Source of the DNA: Planctomycetota bacterium
Lineage (GTDB): Bacteria > Planctomycetota > SZUA-567 > H5-PLA8
Assembly: GCA_038227875.1 (NCBI GenBank)
Contig: JBBRPR010000011.1
Location: 1 to 64,000 of the forward strand
DNA: 64,000 nucleotides
Direction: 5' to 3'
The notes under the pieces were generated by a model, which was given only the letters and a program-made list of their open reading frames with translations, did no database searches and was not told the origin of the DNA. Numbering within the stretch: position 1 is the first letter of the stretch; the number at the start of each line of letters is the position of its first letter. Shown in pieces: positions 26,649 through 37,012 of the stretch. Position numbers and translations under genes: made by a program.

Positions 26649-28411
26649 GCAGCGTGCCGGAAAACGCCAGCCGCGCCCTGCCGCGCGTGCGTTCGGACGC
26701 GCCATCGCGCTGGCAGTGGATCAAGAATTCCGCAGCGACCTTTCTGCTGGCCACCACCTTCTTTGCATGCCTGGCCCGCGTGCTGCTCCGCGAAAAGGCG
26801 AAACTGACGAACGATAAAATCGTGCTCAGTCTCGCCCACTGGCAACTGGAGCCCGGAGTGACCAAGGGCTTCGACGAGATGGCCAAGCGCTACAACGAAG
26901 TCCGGCGCGCCCGTGGCGACGCGGAGATCGAATTCCGCCAGATGCCCATCCCCGAAGGCGCCTATGGACAGTGGGTCACGACGCAATTGATGGGCGGCAC
27001 CGCACCCGATCTGATCGAGATCGGATTTCTCCCATACGACACGCTGCTCCGCTTCCACGCCCGTTATTTCACCCCCGTCACGCGCGAGATTTTCAAGCCC
27101 AATCCCTACAACAAGGGTACTGATCTGGAAGACCGACCCTGGAAAGAAACGTTTGTCGACGGGTTGGGCGAAGGCATTCCGGCGCTTCAGGAATACTACG
27201 ATGTCGGACTCTCCACTTTTTCATGCCGTATGTTCTACAATCGTGAACTGCTCAAAACGCTGACCCGCAAACTCGTCGCGCAGGGCAAACTCGACAAAGA
27301 ACTCGATGCCCCGCCGGACAACCTGCGCGAATTTCTCTCGCTGTGCGACAAGCTGCATGAACTCACCGATGAAAGCGGAAGACCCTATCTGCCAATCGCT
27401 GGCAGCCCGGACCGATTTGGATTGATAAATTGGCTCACCATCAGTCCGTTGAGCGCGCCGGTACTGACGGAAGTTGACGACAACTGCGACGGCTTCGCGA
27501 ACGACACGGAGACCTTCTTCGCGATTCTGCGCAATCGATTCCGCTTCGATGATCCGCGCTTGAAAAAGGTAATGGCGATCACGCGCGCGGTCACCATGCG
27601 GTTGCAGCCGGGCTGGAATTCCGTCACGCGCGACGAAGCGGTGATGTTGTTCGTGCAGCAACGGTCGTTATTCATCGGCGCGGGATCGTGGGATGGCATG
27701 ACGCTGATCAAGCAGGCGGCGGAAGCGCCAAAGCCCTTTGCCGTCGACATCACTCAATTTCCGATGGTCTACCCTTCCGACCCCGAATGGGGCGAGCTGA
27801 GCTGGGGCCGACCCTACGAAAAGCCCGCCACCGGATTCTCATTCGGCATGACCAAAATGTCGAAGCATCCGGAAGTGGTGCTCGATTTCATGCGATTTCT
27901 TACGGCACAGAAACACAACCAGGAATTCAACGAGATCATTGGCTGGATTCCGGTCGTGCGAGGCGCGGAGATGTCAAAGTTTCTCCAAGCTTTCAAACCC
28001 AACCTGCATGGTGTCCTGAGCGGATATTCGCCAGTGCTCGGCGCCCATACGGAAACGTTCATGAATCAGACCAATCCCAATTTGTGGATCGGTGAAGACA
28101 GCAATGGCAAGGCCTTCGGCGTTCAGGAATGGTGCGACCGCATGAATAATCGCTGGCTCGGCGAAGCGTTCATCGACTTTGAACAGCGCGATGAAGCCTA
28201 CCGCGATCAGCTCGCCTCGAAGGAAACCGTGCTCGCCACTACGCGCGCCAAAATTCTGCTGAATAGCGATCCCCAGATGAAAAAGTACCTCCAACAGCGT
28301 TACAACGGCGCGTTCGACCCGCCGGTGGACGCCATCCGCGATATTGCCCGCAGCCGCCAGTTGCTGCAGGATGCCCGCGCCGAAGCCAGAAAACAGGGGC
28401 GTCTGAAATGA
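26645..28411 (+). CDS. Carbohydrate ABC transporter substrate-binding protein
   Basis: LAHWQLE, QLMGGTAPDLIE, MFYNRELL, GSWD, FMRFLT; directly upstream of permeases. Confidence 0.88.
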   Translation: MSSVPENASRALPRVRSDAPSRWQWIKNSAATFLLATTFFACLARVLLREKAKLTNDKIVLSLAHWQLEPGVTKGFDEMAKRYNEVRRARGDAEIEFRQMPIPEGAYGQWVTTQLMGGTAPDLIEIGFLPYDTLLRFHARYFTPVTREIFKPNPYNKGTDLEDRPWKETFVDGLGEGIPALQEYYDVGLSTFSCRMFYNRELLKTLTRKLVAQGKLDKELDAPPDNLREFLSLCDKLHELTDESGRPYLPIAGSPDRFGLINWLTISPLSAPVLTEVDDNCDGFANDTETFFAILRNRFRFDDPRLKKVMAITRAVTMRLQPGWNSVTRDEAVMLFVQQRSLFIGAGSWDGMTLIKQAAEAPKPFAVDITQFPMVYPSDPEWGELSWGRPYEKPATGFSFGMTKMSKHPEVVLDFMRFLTAQKHNQEFNEIIGWIPVVRGAEMSKFLQAFKPNLHGVLSGYSPVLGAHTETFMNQTNPNLWIGEDSNGKAFGVQEWCDRMNNRWLGEAFIDFEQRDEAYRDQLASKETVLATTRAKILLNSDPQMKKYLQQRYNGAFDPPVDAIRDIARSRQLLQDARAEARKQGRLK

Positions 28412-29397
28412 GCCGCCGCGTTGCGTTCAAAAATATCCGGCATCATCTGTCGCTGTACTGGTTCGTGCTCCCAGCGGTGGCCTTCATCGGCACGTTCAAC
28501 TACTTTCCGGTGATCAACGGCCTGCTCCACAGCTTCTACACGTGGAATGGCGGCGACGTCGAACGCGTTACAGGCACGCAGAATTTCGTCGACATCTTTG
28601 CGTACAATCCGCAGTTCTGGAAATCCTTCGCCAACGTGCTGGTTCTTGGCTTCTTCAACATTCTCAAGATGATTCCATCGATCATCACCGCCGTCTGCCT
28701 GCATCGCGTTTTAAGTGAACGATTGCAGTTCTGGTACCGGGTGGGATTCGTGGTGCCGATGGTCGTCAACAGCATTGTCGTCGTGCTGCTGTGGCGCATG
28801 TTTTTCACCAACGGCATTCTCAACTCGCTGCTCACCAGCACCGGCGGCATGAACCTGCTGGTCTGGTTCAGCAATGCCTGCGCGTGGATCTCCAGCACGC
28901 TTCACATCAATATCTTCTTTGCTTGGGCCGGCGAACTTTTCAAGCCCGGCATTTCTCCCAACTGGCTGGGTACCGGCAAACTGGCGTGGCTATCGGTGGT
29001 CATCTGGGGTTTTCCGTACGTTAATCAGTTCGGCGTGCTCGTGTACCTCGCGGTGCTGCAGTCGATTGGCAAGGACGTTTACGAAGCGGCGGAAGTCGAC
29101 GGCGTCAACTGGTTCTCCAAATTCCGCTACATCGAACTGCCCCTGATCCTCGACAAGGTTCGCCTGATGATGTTCCTCGTTCTGCTCAGCACGATCAATG
29201 ACGCCGGCAGCATGATGATTTTCTTCGGCCTGGACGGCGGCCCCGACGGCGTGCTGCAGGTGCCGGCCGTGTTCATGTTCCGTGAAGCGTATCTGTCGCA
29301 GAAGATGGGCATGGCCTGCGCCATTGGCATCGTGCTGGTCGTGATCATTTTCCTGATGAACAAAATCAACGCCTGGCTGATCCAGCCCGCAGAATAG
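28408..29397 (+). CDS. Carbohydrate ABC permease (MalF-like)
   Basis: EAA loop YEAAEVDG; multiple TMs. Confidence 0.93.
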   Translation: MSRRVAFKNIRHHLSLYWFVLPAVAFIGTFNYFPVINGLLHSFYTWNGGDVERVTGTQNFVDIFAYNPQFWKSFANVLVLGFFNILKMIPSIITAVCLHRVLSERLQFWYRVGFVVPMVVNSIVVVLLWRMFFTNGILNSLLTSTGGMNLLVWFSNACAWISSTLHINIFFAWAGELFKPGISPNWLGTGKLAWLSVVIWGFPYVNQFGVLVYLAVLQSIGKDVYEAAEVDGVNWFSKFRYIELPLILDKVRLMMFLVLLSTINDAGSMMIFFGLDGGPDGVLQVPAVFMFREAYLSQKMGMACAIGIVLVVIIFLMNKINAWLIQPAE

Positions 29398-29408
29398 GAC
29401 GCAGCGCC

Positions 29409-30296
29409 GTGAGCCAATCCGCTCCCTCCCCCGCCCCTGGCACTGGAACGCCCGACCGCATGCCCACGCAGTCGCTGCTGATGTCGCTGGTGTTGCGCGC
29501 GGCAAAGCATGGCGTGATCATTGGTGTGCTGATGTTTTCCATTCTACCGCTGGGCGTGATGCTCTGTATCAGTTTCAAGAACAACGGACAATTCTACAGC
29601 GACATGGTCTATCCAACGTTTCCGCTCCACTGGGAAAACTGGGGCGTGGCGTGGAATCTGACCAAGGATTTCATGGTCAATTCTCTGGTCGTGGCGATCG
29701 GATCCACGTTTCTTGGCGTGCTCGGTGCGCTGAGCGGCGCCTATTTTTTCGCCCGCCTGAAGATGCCCGGCGCCAATCTGCTCTGGGCGCTGATGGTCCT
29801 GCTGTTGATGATGCCGACGATCAGCAACCTGGTCCCGCTCTTCAATCTGCTCAAATCGATGAGCCTGCTCAATTCCCTGCTGGGGCTGACGCTGGTGAGC
29901 TGTGCCGCGATGCAGGCGTTCGCAATTTTCATTCTGCGCGGCTTCATCGAAAACATTCCCGGCGAACTTTTCGAATCGGCTGAGATCGATGGCGCTTCAC
30001 ATCTGCAGCAGTTTCTGAATATCGTCGTACCGCTGAGCGGCCCGATCGTGGGTACGATCGCGGTCACTGGCTTCATCAACGCGTGGAACGATTACATCCT
30101 CCCCGTCGTCTGTTTGCGCGACCAGGAACTCTACACCGTGACGCTGGGGCTCACGCGCCTCAATGGCTCGTATTTGAAGGAATGGGGCCCGCTGATGGCA
30201 GGGTTCACGCTCTCAAGCGTGCCGGTGATCATTCTCTTCGTCTTCTCAATGCGTCTATTCATCCGAGGCATGACGGAAGGCGCAGTCAAGGGTTAA
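29409..30296 (+). CDS. Carbohydrate ABC permease (MalG-like)
   Basis: ELFESAEIDGA, WNDYILP, GAVKG C-terminus. Confidence 0.95.
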   Translation: MSQSAPSPAPGTGTPDRMPTQSLLMSLVLRAAKHGVIIGVLMFSILPLGVMLCISFKNNGQFYSDMVYPTFPLHWENWGVAWNLTKDFMVNSLVVAIGSTFLGVLGALSGAYFFARLKMPGANLLWALMVLLLMMPTISNLVPLFNLLKSMSLLNSLLGLTLVSCAAMQAFAIFILRGFIENIPGELFESAEIDGASHLQQFLNIVVPLSGPIVGTIAVTGFINAWNDYILPVVCLRDQELYTVTLGLTRLNGSYLKEWGPLMAGFTLSSVPVIILFVFSMRLFIRGMTEGAVKG

Positions 30297-30402
30297 GAAC
30301 CGCGCTGCGAAATTTCAAAAAGTACTGCGAGATGCCGCGGAACAGATGTATTCATTCTAAATGGCGCTATTGCCAATTGACGTGCCGCACCGGGGAATTG
30401 CC

Positions 30403-31341
30403 ATGGCGTCAGCCATTACCCACCGCCGTCCGCGCATCCTCATCCTGCACGGCATGAAGCCGGGACGCCGCAGCTTTTCGTCGCCGATCGTCGAATGGTA
30501 TGAGGATCTCGGCCACCGTGGCTTGATTGAGCCGATTGTGCTGGGCGCCAGTGCGGCTTCGATGGACAATCATCCGCCCATGGATGCTGTCAATCAGACC
30601 AAGCCCGATGGCATCGTTACTGCAGCTCTGTACAGCGATGAAGATCTAAGTGGTCTGCTTGCGCTAAAAGTGCCGTTGGTCGTCCTCGATCACGAGCCCC
30701 TGATGAAAATCGCCGATTCAGTGGGATTCGATAATGTCGGCTCAGCCCGGCAACTGGGCCAATTGATCATCGAGCGCGGACATAAGGACATACTCTACGT
30801 CTCGCGGGTCATCACCGATCCGCATCCGGTTGCCAATGCCGATCCCCGCATCGAAGCCATTGCATCACAGGAGCGCCGTGGTGGGTTGATGACCGCGATG
30901 GAAGGCACGTCCGCGACAATCTGGGGCATGCTGCCGTGGCATTCCTACGGCGCGATCACCAGTTCAACGGGTTCCGACGCAAAAACTGACGCGCGTTTCC
31001 GGCTCAAGAAATTGATTGCGCAAGCCGGCCGTCCGCCCGACTGCGTCGTCGCGGTGGACTTTTCCGTCGCCGAAGAAATGCATGCACTGATTCAAGAATT
31101 TGGCTGGCGCGTGCCCGAGGACGTTTCGCTGGCGACTTTCCGCCTGAATCCCTACGTGGCTGACGACCCGTCCACGCTGAAAATCTCCCACATGTCGATG
31201 GACTACAATCTTATGGCGGAGGCTGGCTGGCAAATGCTCTCCGCGCGATTGAAGAAGGGTGGAAGCACTGCACCGATTCATACGCAGCGATTGAGTACGA
31301 TCTGGCTTGATTTTGGCAGCGTGATCGACCGGCGAAAATGA
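30403..31341 (+). CDS. LacI/PBP-type effector-binding protein without HTH
   Basis: PDGIV, VPLVVLD, SVGFDN, GHKDI, ERRGG, RVPEDVSLATF; no N-terminal HTH. Confidence 0.8.
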   Translation: MASAITHRRPRILILHGMKPGRRSFSSPIVEWYEDLGHRGLIEPIVLGASAASMDNHPPMDAVNQTKPDGIVTAALYSDEDLSGLLALKVPLVVLDHEPLMKIADSVGFDNVGSARQLGQLIIERGHKDILYVSRVITDPHPVANADPRIEAIASQERRGGLMTAMEGTSATIWGMLPWHSYGAITSSTGSDAKTDARFRLKKLIAQAGRPPDCVVAVDFSVAEEMHALIQEFGWRVPEDVSLATFRLNPYVADDPSTLKISHMSMDYNLMAEAGWQMLSARLKKGGSTAPIHTQRLSTIWLDFGSVIDRRK

Positions 31342-31351
31342 GACTTTCCCG

Positions 31352-32383
31352 ATGATTGACCGGATCGCCTTCCTGGGCAGTTCGAGCACCGACGGGTTTA
31401 CGTATCCCATGCTGGTGCGACAAGCAATTGCGGAAGCCCAGCTGCCGGTGCCTGAATTTATCAACGCAGGCGTAGGCGGAAACACGACGTCTCAGATGCT
31501 CGCGCGGATCGAGCGTGATGTCATCAGCCGGAAGCCATCGATATGCGTCGTCCAACCCGGCGGCAACGACGCGGCACACAACACGTCGGCCGGCAATTTC
31601 TCGACATCGTTGCGCGGCATTCTTACTCGGTTGCAAGAAGCTCGGATCGACACGCGTCTACTGACGCTCAATTGTGTTCCCTGCAAGGAAGCCGAACGCA
31701 TGCCACTGACGACTGCGTACAACAATGCTGTGCGTACGCTCGCTGCAGAATTTAAATGCCCGGTGGGCGATGTGTATGGATCGATGAAAGCTGCCCGCGC
31801 GCGCGGCGAAAACCTGATCGAAGCCGACGAGACGCATCCCAACTACGAAGGATACCGCCTGATGTCCCGCGTGGTTCTCGATCTACTGGGCCACGGCGCG
31901 CTCACGGTCCCCTCGGTGCTTAAGGTAGATGCTCATCCGGGTGTCATCGCGGAATGGAAAATCCGCGCGATCGCCGATGCAGCATCCCCCGCCCTCACCC
32001 GCGAGCAAGTCGCCACGCTGCGACCCCAAGCCGATTGGAAAACGTTGACGATCCCGGAATCGGAACCCCAGACACATTGGTGGGGCGAGCAGACACGCCA
32101 GGAAGGATTCGCGTTGTCGCTGAAACGCGTAGCCGGTCCCGCGGCGAAATATATTGGTTATGCAAAAGTCGTCTGCGACCGACCACAAGCCGCCTGCTTC
32201 AACACCGGCGGTCATCTCCAGGCGGTCTGGTTAAACGGCGAGACGATCTTTCAAGCCTTGGAATGGACCGGTTATCACGCCGGCAAGGAACGCATTCCGG
32301 TCCAACTTCGCTCGGGCGAAAACACAGTGGTCATCGAGACTGGCGCAGAATTCTTCGCCAGTCTCACTGCTGAAGCTCCCTGA
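31352..32383 (+). CDS. SGNH/GDSL hydrolase with C-terminal beta domain
   Basis: FLGSSST, NAGVGG, GGND, DETHPN. Confidence 0.9.
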   Translation: MIDRIAFLGSSSTDGFTYPMLVRQAIAEAQLPVPEFINAGVGGNTTSQMLARIERDVISRKPSICVVQPGGNDAAHNTSAGNFSTSLRGILTRLQEARIDTRLLTLNCVPCKEAERMPLTTAYNNAVRTLAAEFKCPVGDVYGSMKAARARGENLIEADETHPNYEGYRLMSRVVLDLLGHGALTVPSVLKVDAHPGVIAEWKIRAIADAASPALTREQVATLRPQADWKTLTIPESEPQTHWWGEQTRQEGFALSLKRVAGPAAKYIGYAKVVCDRPQAACFNTGGHLQAVWLNGETIFQALEWTGYHAGKERIPVQLRSGENTVVIETGAEFFASLTAEAP

Positions 32384-32385
32384 AA

Positions 32386-34989
32386 TCACTTCACGCCGCA
32401 AATTTTTTCGGCCTTCCATGTCAGGTCCACGCGCATGGCGCGACGGTTGTAGGTGTCCATCACGTAGATGTGATTTTCCGTGAAGCCCGCGCCCGTCGGC
32501 CAGGCCATGGGAATCTCGGGCTGGCCAGACGCCGCTTTGCTCGGGCTGCCGCTCGTCGTGTTCGGATTGCTGTATTGAGCATCAAAATTCCCGTACTTGC
32601 CGAATTCCAGAATCAGATTGCCCGAGTTGTCGTAGAGCAGCACCGAATTAGTCATCGCGTTGGGTAAAGCCAGGCGTCCGTAGCGGTCGAGATCGAAACG
32701 CGGCACGCGGCAGACGCAGCACGTGTTGTTGCCGAAGGCTTCTGCCGAACTGCTGAACGGCGCGATGCCAGGATAGGTGTTGATCACACCATTCAGTTCC
32801 GCCGCTGATGCCGAGCCCTCCGGACCGGGCATCGAACCGCCCTCGGGACTGAACTTCACCACGCTGCCGACAGAGACGCGATAGCCCTGATCCTTTTCGT
32901 AACCTTTTGCCGGAACAAAATTCTTCGGCCGGTACATCATCGCCATGTAAATGTTGCCCTTCAGATCCACCCGAATGTTCCCGGTCATACAGGGCACCGG
33001 ACCAATGATCGCGCCATTCATGCCTTCGGGGTATTTCTTTCGTCCTTCGGGCGTTTTCGCGGGGAATGAGCCTTCGAGATACTTGCCCTTCATCGGTTTG
33101 CCGTCGCTGCCAAATCCGCCGACAGCGTACGCGACCCAATCGTACATGAACGTGATGTAGCATTTGCCGTCTGGACCGACTCCCAGGCCGCGTTCAGCAA
33201 AACCGCAACCCATGCGGCTGTAGATGTAGGGACTGATCGTATGCGTGCCGGATTCCTTGTACGGCGCCGGAGCCAACTCGTGATTCAGCCGTTCGAACGG
33301 CCCGGAATAGCCATCGCCCGTGCGAATGTACAGCAGTCCGTCGTAACCCACGGCAAGATCGGTGCCGTAGAACGGTTTGCCGTCTTTCTTCAGCAGATCC
33401 CCTTCTCCGGTCTTGCCATCGAAGCGCCAAACGCGGTTGGTGCCATTCGAGACGTAGATTTCATCGCGATCGTAGTCAGCGGCGAGTCGGTACCAGTCCT
33501 TGGGAATACTGTCCTTCACGGCGAATTTCGTCTTGATCGGTTCGAACGTTGAGCCCTTGTCTTCCAGCGCGGTGACTCCGCCTTTCACGCCGCCGATCCA
33601 AAGAATCGTCTTCTCCTTGCCCACTGAAAGTGCCAGGGACTGATTAATGTTCGCCCAGTTGCCAGGCGGAAATTCCAGCGTGGCCACGGCCTTGGCGCCG
33701 TCCTTGTAGTTCTCAAACTTATGCAGCACGCATTGAAAGGTGCCGTACGAAAGGCAGTCGAACTGTGTGATGTAGATCTCGCCGGTTTTGGGATGCACGG
33801 CGACAAGATGTGGATTCTTGATGGGAATGCGGCCCAGCACTTTGCCCTCGGCGTCGAAGACCGAAATACAGCCCTGCTCGCGATTGGCGACATAGACGTT
33901 GCCCTTCGCGTCGACGGCCGTCTGATGCACCGGCCCTTTGGGCGCAGTGAAGTTCCCCGTGTTGGTGCATGCCGTTAACCACGCGCCGCCGTTTCCTTCC
34001 TTGTGAGCGACGGGAATGGTGACGAATTCCTTGAACTTCTCCGTGCCCGCCAGCGGCGCGCGATAGACGCGGCCCGGCGGAAAATTCGGATCGTACTTGT
34101 AGCCGTAAGAATTGGTGTTGCTGTACGGACCGGACAAGTACACCCATTTACTATCCGGCGAAATGGTAATCATGGAGGGACCACCACCGGAGTTCATCGC
34201 ACCACCTAGATCGCGCGACGCAAATTTCTCTCCTTTCACTGCTCCATTGAGATTCAACGTCAGCAGCTGCGCGCCGTTGGTCATGATCAGTCCTGAGTCT
34301 TTCGAAGCGCTCAGCAGCATCAGCGCCTTGTTGCCCCAGTAGCCACCCGGCTGGCCATAGAAGTCCGGATTCAGATTGCGGAGATTACGCGGCATCCATG
34401 CCTGGCGATCGTTGTCGAAATGCGCGATGTCTTTCATTGCATCCGGCGGCAGGTCGGCGGGAAACGGAATCAATTCGCGCAAGTAACGGCCTTCACCATC
34501 GAAGACACGCACGCACATGGCCGTCTGATTGGCCTCGCCGCCGGCACCTGAAATGTAAACATTGCCATCTTCGTCGGTCACAATGCTGTCAATTGAACCA
34601 AAGTTGTATGGTTCTGCGCCAATGAGCCGCCCGAACTTGACGCCCAATCCCGCGCGCACTCGCACCTGAAACGGACCCTCGACCGCGGGCTTCCCGTAAT
34701 TGTCCTTGCCGTCCCAAGTCAGTGTCTGACTCAATCCGGCCTTGAGCGGCTCCGGCGGCGGCTTCTCGCCGCCGAGAACGCCCGCGGCCAGATGCCGCAC
34801 CACCCCTCCCTTGGCATTCAGCACCGATACTTCCACGTCCGTCGGCTTGGACAGCGCGAACGTAATCGAGGCACCATCGCCGCTCTTGCTGACGGCGGGT
34901 GCCGAGGCAAACGAGGCGTCCTCCGCATGCGCAACAACGGTCAGCGTAAGTAATAGTGCCAGCACGGAGCGTGAAACGAAGCAGCGCAT
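32386..34989 (-). CDS. Secreted FlgD-Ig-like + NHL/beta-propeller protein
   Basis: Signal peptide; DVEVSV...VVRHL...WDGKD; repeated AVD..GNVYV blades; CCVCRVPRFD. Confidence 0.75.
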   Translation of the reverse strand: MRCFVSRSVLALLLTLTVVAHAEDASFASAPAVSKSGDGASITFALSKPTDVEVSVLNAKGGVVRHLAAGVLGGEKPPPEPLKAGLSQTLTWDGKDNYGKPAVEGPFQVRVRAGLGVKFGRLIGAEPYNFGSIDSIVTDEDGNVYISGAGGEANQTAMCVRVFDGEGRYLRELIPFPADLPPDAMKDIAHFDNDRQAWMPRNLRNLNPDFYGQPGGYWGNKALMLLSASKDSGLIMTNGAQLLTLNLNGAVKGEKFASRDLGGAMNSGGGPSMITISPDSKWVYLSGPYSNTNSYGYKYDPNFPPGRVYRAPLAGTEKFKEFVTIPVAHKEGNGGAWLTACTNTGNFTAPKGPVHQTAVDAKGNVYVANREQGCISVFDAEGKVLGRIPIKNPHLVAVHPKTGEIYITQFDCLSYGTFQCVLHKFENYKDGAKAVATLEFPPGNWANINQSLALSVGKEKTILWIGGVKGGVTALEDKGSTFEPIKTKFAVKDSIPKDWYRLAADYDRDEIYVSNGTNRVWRFDGKTGEGDLLKKDGKPFYGTDLAVGYDGLLYIRTGDGYSGPFERLNHELAPAPYKESGTHTISPYIYSRMGCGFAERGLGVGPDGKCYITFMYDWVAYAVGGFGSDGKPMKGKYLEGSFPAKTPEGRKKYPEGMNGAIIGPVPCMTGNIRVDLKGNIYMAMMYRPKNFVPAKGYEKDQGYRVSVGSVVKFSPEGGSMPGPEGSASAAELNGVINTYPGIAPFSSSAEAFGNNTCCVCRVPRFDLDRYGRLALPNAMTNSVLLYDNSGNLILEFGKYGNFDAQYSNPNTTSGSPSKAASGQPEIPMAWPTGAGFTENHIYVMDTYNRRAMRVDLTWKAEKICGVK

Positions 34990-35049
34990 GGTCGTTCTCC
35001 CAAATTCAGACGTCGACATTTGTCGCGCCATGACGACAACACAATTTTC

Positions 35050-36291
35050 CTACATTACTTGAGCAGCACGATTCGGTGGCGTCGGTGTCAACTGCAGCGG
35101 CAAGCCCACCCGCACCGTCGGACGTCGTGGCTGCTGGATCTTCCACAGCAGCAGCGCTGCCGCCGTGCTGCCAAGATGCTCGTTCGATGCGCGAATCGCG
35201 CGGACGCGCCCGAGTTGCGGCGCATCGGTCGCACCGGCCGCCATCAGCGGCAGTCCACGTTCAGAAAAGACACGTTGAATCGCGTCAGCTTGCGAATGCG
35301 CGTGGCACACAATCGCCTCGGGACGCTCCCCTTCCGGCAGGGCGACAAGCTTTTCCGCCAACGGCATCACATAGTTCGAGAAGGAGTAGTGCACCCATTC
35401 TGCAGGACAGGGCAGGTGCGACTCGTCCATGCCCATTCGCCATGCGCCCTGCCGGAGGAAACTATCCGGATTGGGCCACGCGTTTTCGGGCGCGTAGTAC
35501 GCCGGACCTTTGAGCATTTCACTGAAGCGCTCGACAGGACGGTGCGTCCAGGCGCCGACGAAATGAATCCGTTTGAACCCCGCGGCCGCATATTCCCGCA
35601 CCACCGCGCGGTACGCTGGGAAGGGATCGAAGTACACCTGATCGGCCTTGGTCAAAAATTGTTCTTCGGGATTGTCCACCAGCACCGTCGGAATGCCCAG
35701 TCCGAGCAACTGCTCCGTCCATTCCGGATCGGCGATGCTGCACGCCAGAATTCCATCGAAGCGACCTTCCCGGACGGCCTCGAGAGTCGGATGACGATGG
35801 CGGACGTCGAGTGCTTCGCCGAGCACTTCGATCGAACAGCCGCGCGACTCCGAAAGCCAGCGCCCGCGCGTGGTCTGGTGATTCTGCACTTTGGGAAAAT
35901 CCGGGACTGCTTTTTCGAGACCGTACTCTGCCAGTACCCCGCGCAGCATTTCGCTGAGGTCCGCGCCGTAACGGAAATCGGGAAAGAACGAATGCGGAAT
36001 CAACATTCCCAAGCGCAAAAAACGACTGGGGAAAAGAGGGCGCTGCGACGGATCAGCGACAAACGACCCACTGCCTCGCCGACGAACGATCAGGCCTTCG
36101 CGGGACAGATCGTTGAGCGCACGGACGACAGTGACCTTGCTGGCGCGCAGCGTTTTCGGCAGCTCCTTTTCCGACGGCAATTGCATCCCCGGCGCGAACG
36201 TGCCGTCCAGGATCTGCTGGCGCAGTTTTTCACGAACGCGTTCATGCTTGGTCGCGGGGGCCTTTAAGGCGGATCTGCGGAGCGTGTCCAT
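35050..36291 (-). CDS. GntR-HTH regulator with LacI-type sensor domain
   Basis: PGMQLPSEKEL...VTVVRALNDL..EGLIVRRRGSGSFV; DGIL, IPTVLVD. Confidence 0.9.
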   Translation of the reverse strand: MDTLRRSALKAPATKHERVREKLRQQILDGTFAPGMQLPSEKELPKTLRASKVTVVRALNDLSREGLIVRRRGSGSFVADPSQRPLFPSRFLRLGMLIPHSFFPDFRYGADLSEMLRGVLAEYGLEKAVPDFPKVQNHQTTRGRWLSESRGCSIEVLGEALDVRHRHPTLEAVREGRFDGILACSIADPEWTEQLLGLGIPTVLVDNPEEQFLTKADQVYFDPFPAYRAVVREYAAAGFKRIHFVGAWTHRPVERFSEMLKGPAYYAPENAWPNPDSFLRQGAWRMGMDESHLPCPAEWVHYSFSNYVMPLAEKLVALPEGERPEAIVCHAHSQADAIQRVFSERGLPLMAAGATDAPQLGRVRAIRASNEHLGSTAAALLLWKIQQPRRPTVRVGLPLQLTPTPPNRAAQVM

Positions 36292-36421
36292 GACTTCTTA
36301 TACACCAGAACATAGAGGCAATTCAAATAAAACATAGATGCTCTTTAAAAGTCACAAGTATCAAATTTAAATAGTCTTGTGAACATAAATTTAAATTAGA
36401 GGGAGACCGTGCGTATTTTGT

Positions 36422-36670
36422 TTACTGCCGTCCCTTGTTCCATTGACCGGGAAACGTCCCATCAGAGTTCAAGCGAATGGATTTGTTGTCTACCTGCGCA
36501 TGGAGCACGATGTCGCGCACGCCCGGCGCTTCTGCGAGGGCCTTTTGCACCCAGTTAGCTGCGGCCTGCCGCGCCTCAATGTCGTCACGAGCTTCCAGAT
36601 CCACCAAAACCTTCAAGACGTACTTTGCCAAGTCGCACTCCTGCTGATCTCGAACTGAAATTCGCTTCAA
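36422..36670 (-). CDS. Hypothetical small protein
   Basis: 82-aa ORF with protein-like composition; start uncertain. Confidence 0.55.
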   Translation of the reverse strand: MKRISVRDQQECDLAKYVLKVLVDLEARDDIEARQAAANWVQKALAEAPGVRDIVLHAQVDNKSIRLNSDGTFPGQWNKGRQ

Positions 36671-37012
36671 AAATGTGTTACCAAGTCAAAATGACCCGCG
36701 GGCCACGTGGCCCGCGTGCGCATACATCAGTTACCACTGTTTCACGTTTGAATCAACTGGCAGCCTGAGATACTGCGGATTCAAACGAAAATTTGTGGGG
36801 ATCAGGTGTAGAGGGATGGAATGTGCATCGAATTCCAGTGTTGTTCGAACTTTCGGAGGCTCCGAACGCAGTTTCAACTTGCGCGCGCGAACAAGAATGT
36901 CATACTGCTGAGGACGTCACGTTGCGGTGCCCATCGTTTGTTCGGGGTTTTGTCGGTGTATGGCACCGGCATGAGTTCGAGCACTTAGAGGGTTAAGGGA
37001 CGAACCAAGTCA

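Noticed and set aside
35020..36267. 415-aa plus-strand ORF and similar long shadow ORFs (14780-15967, 37010-37822, 52093-53088)
   Set aside because: Antisense to well-supported genes in GC-rich DNA, with no recognisable motifs
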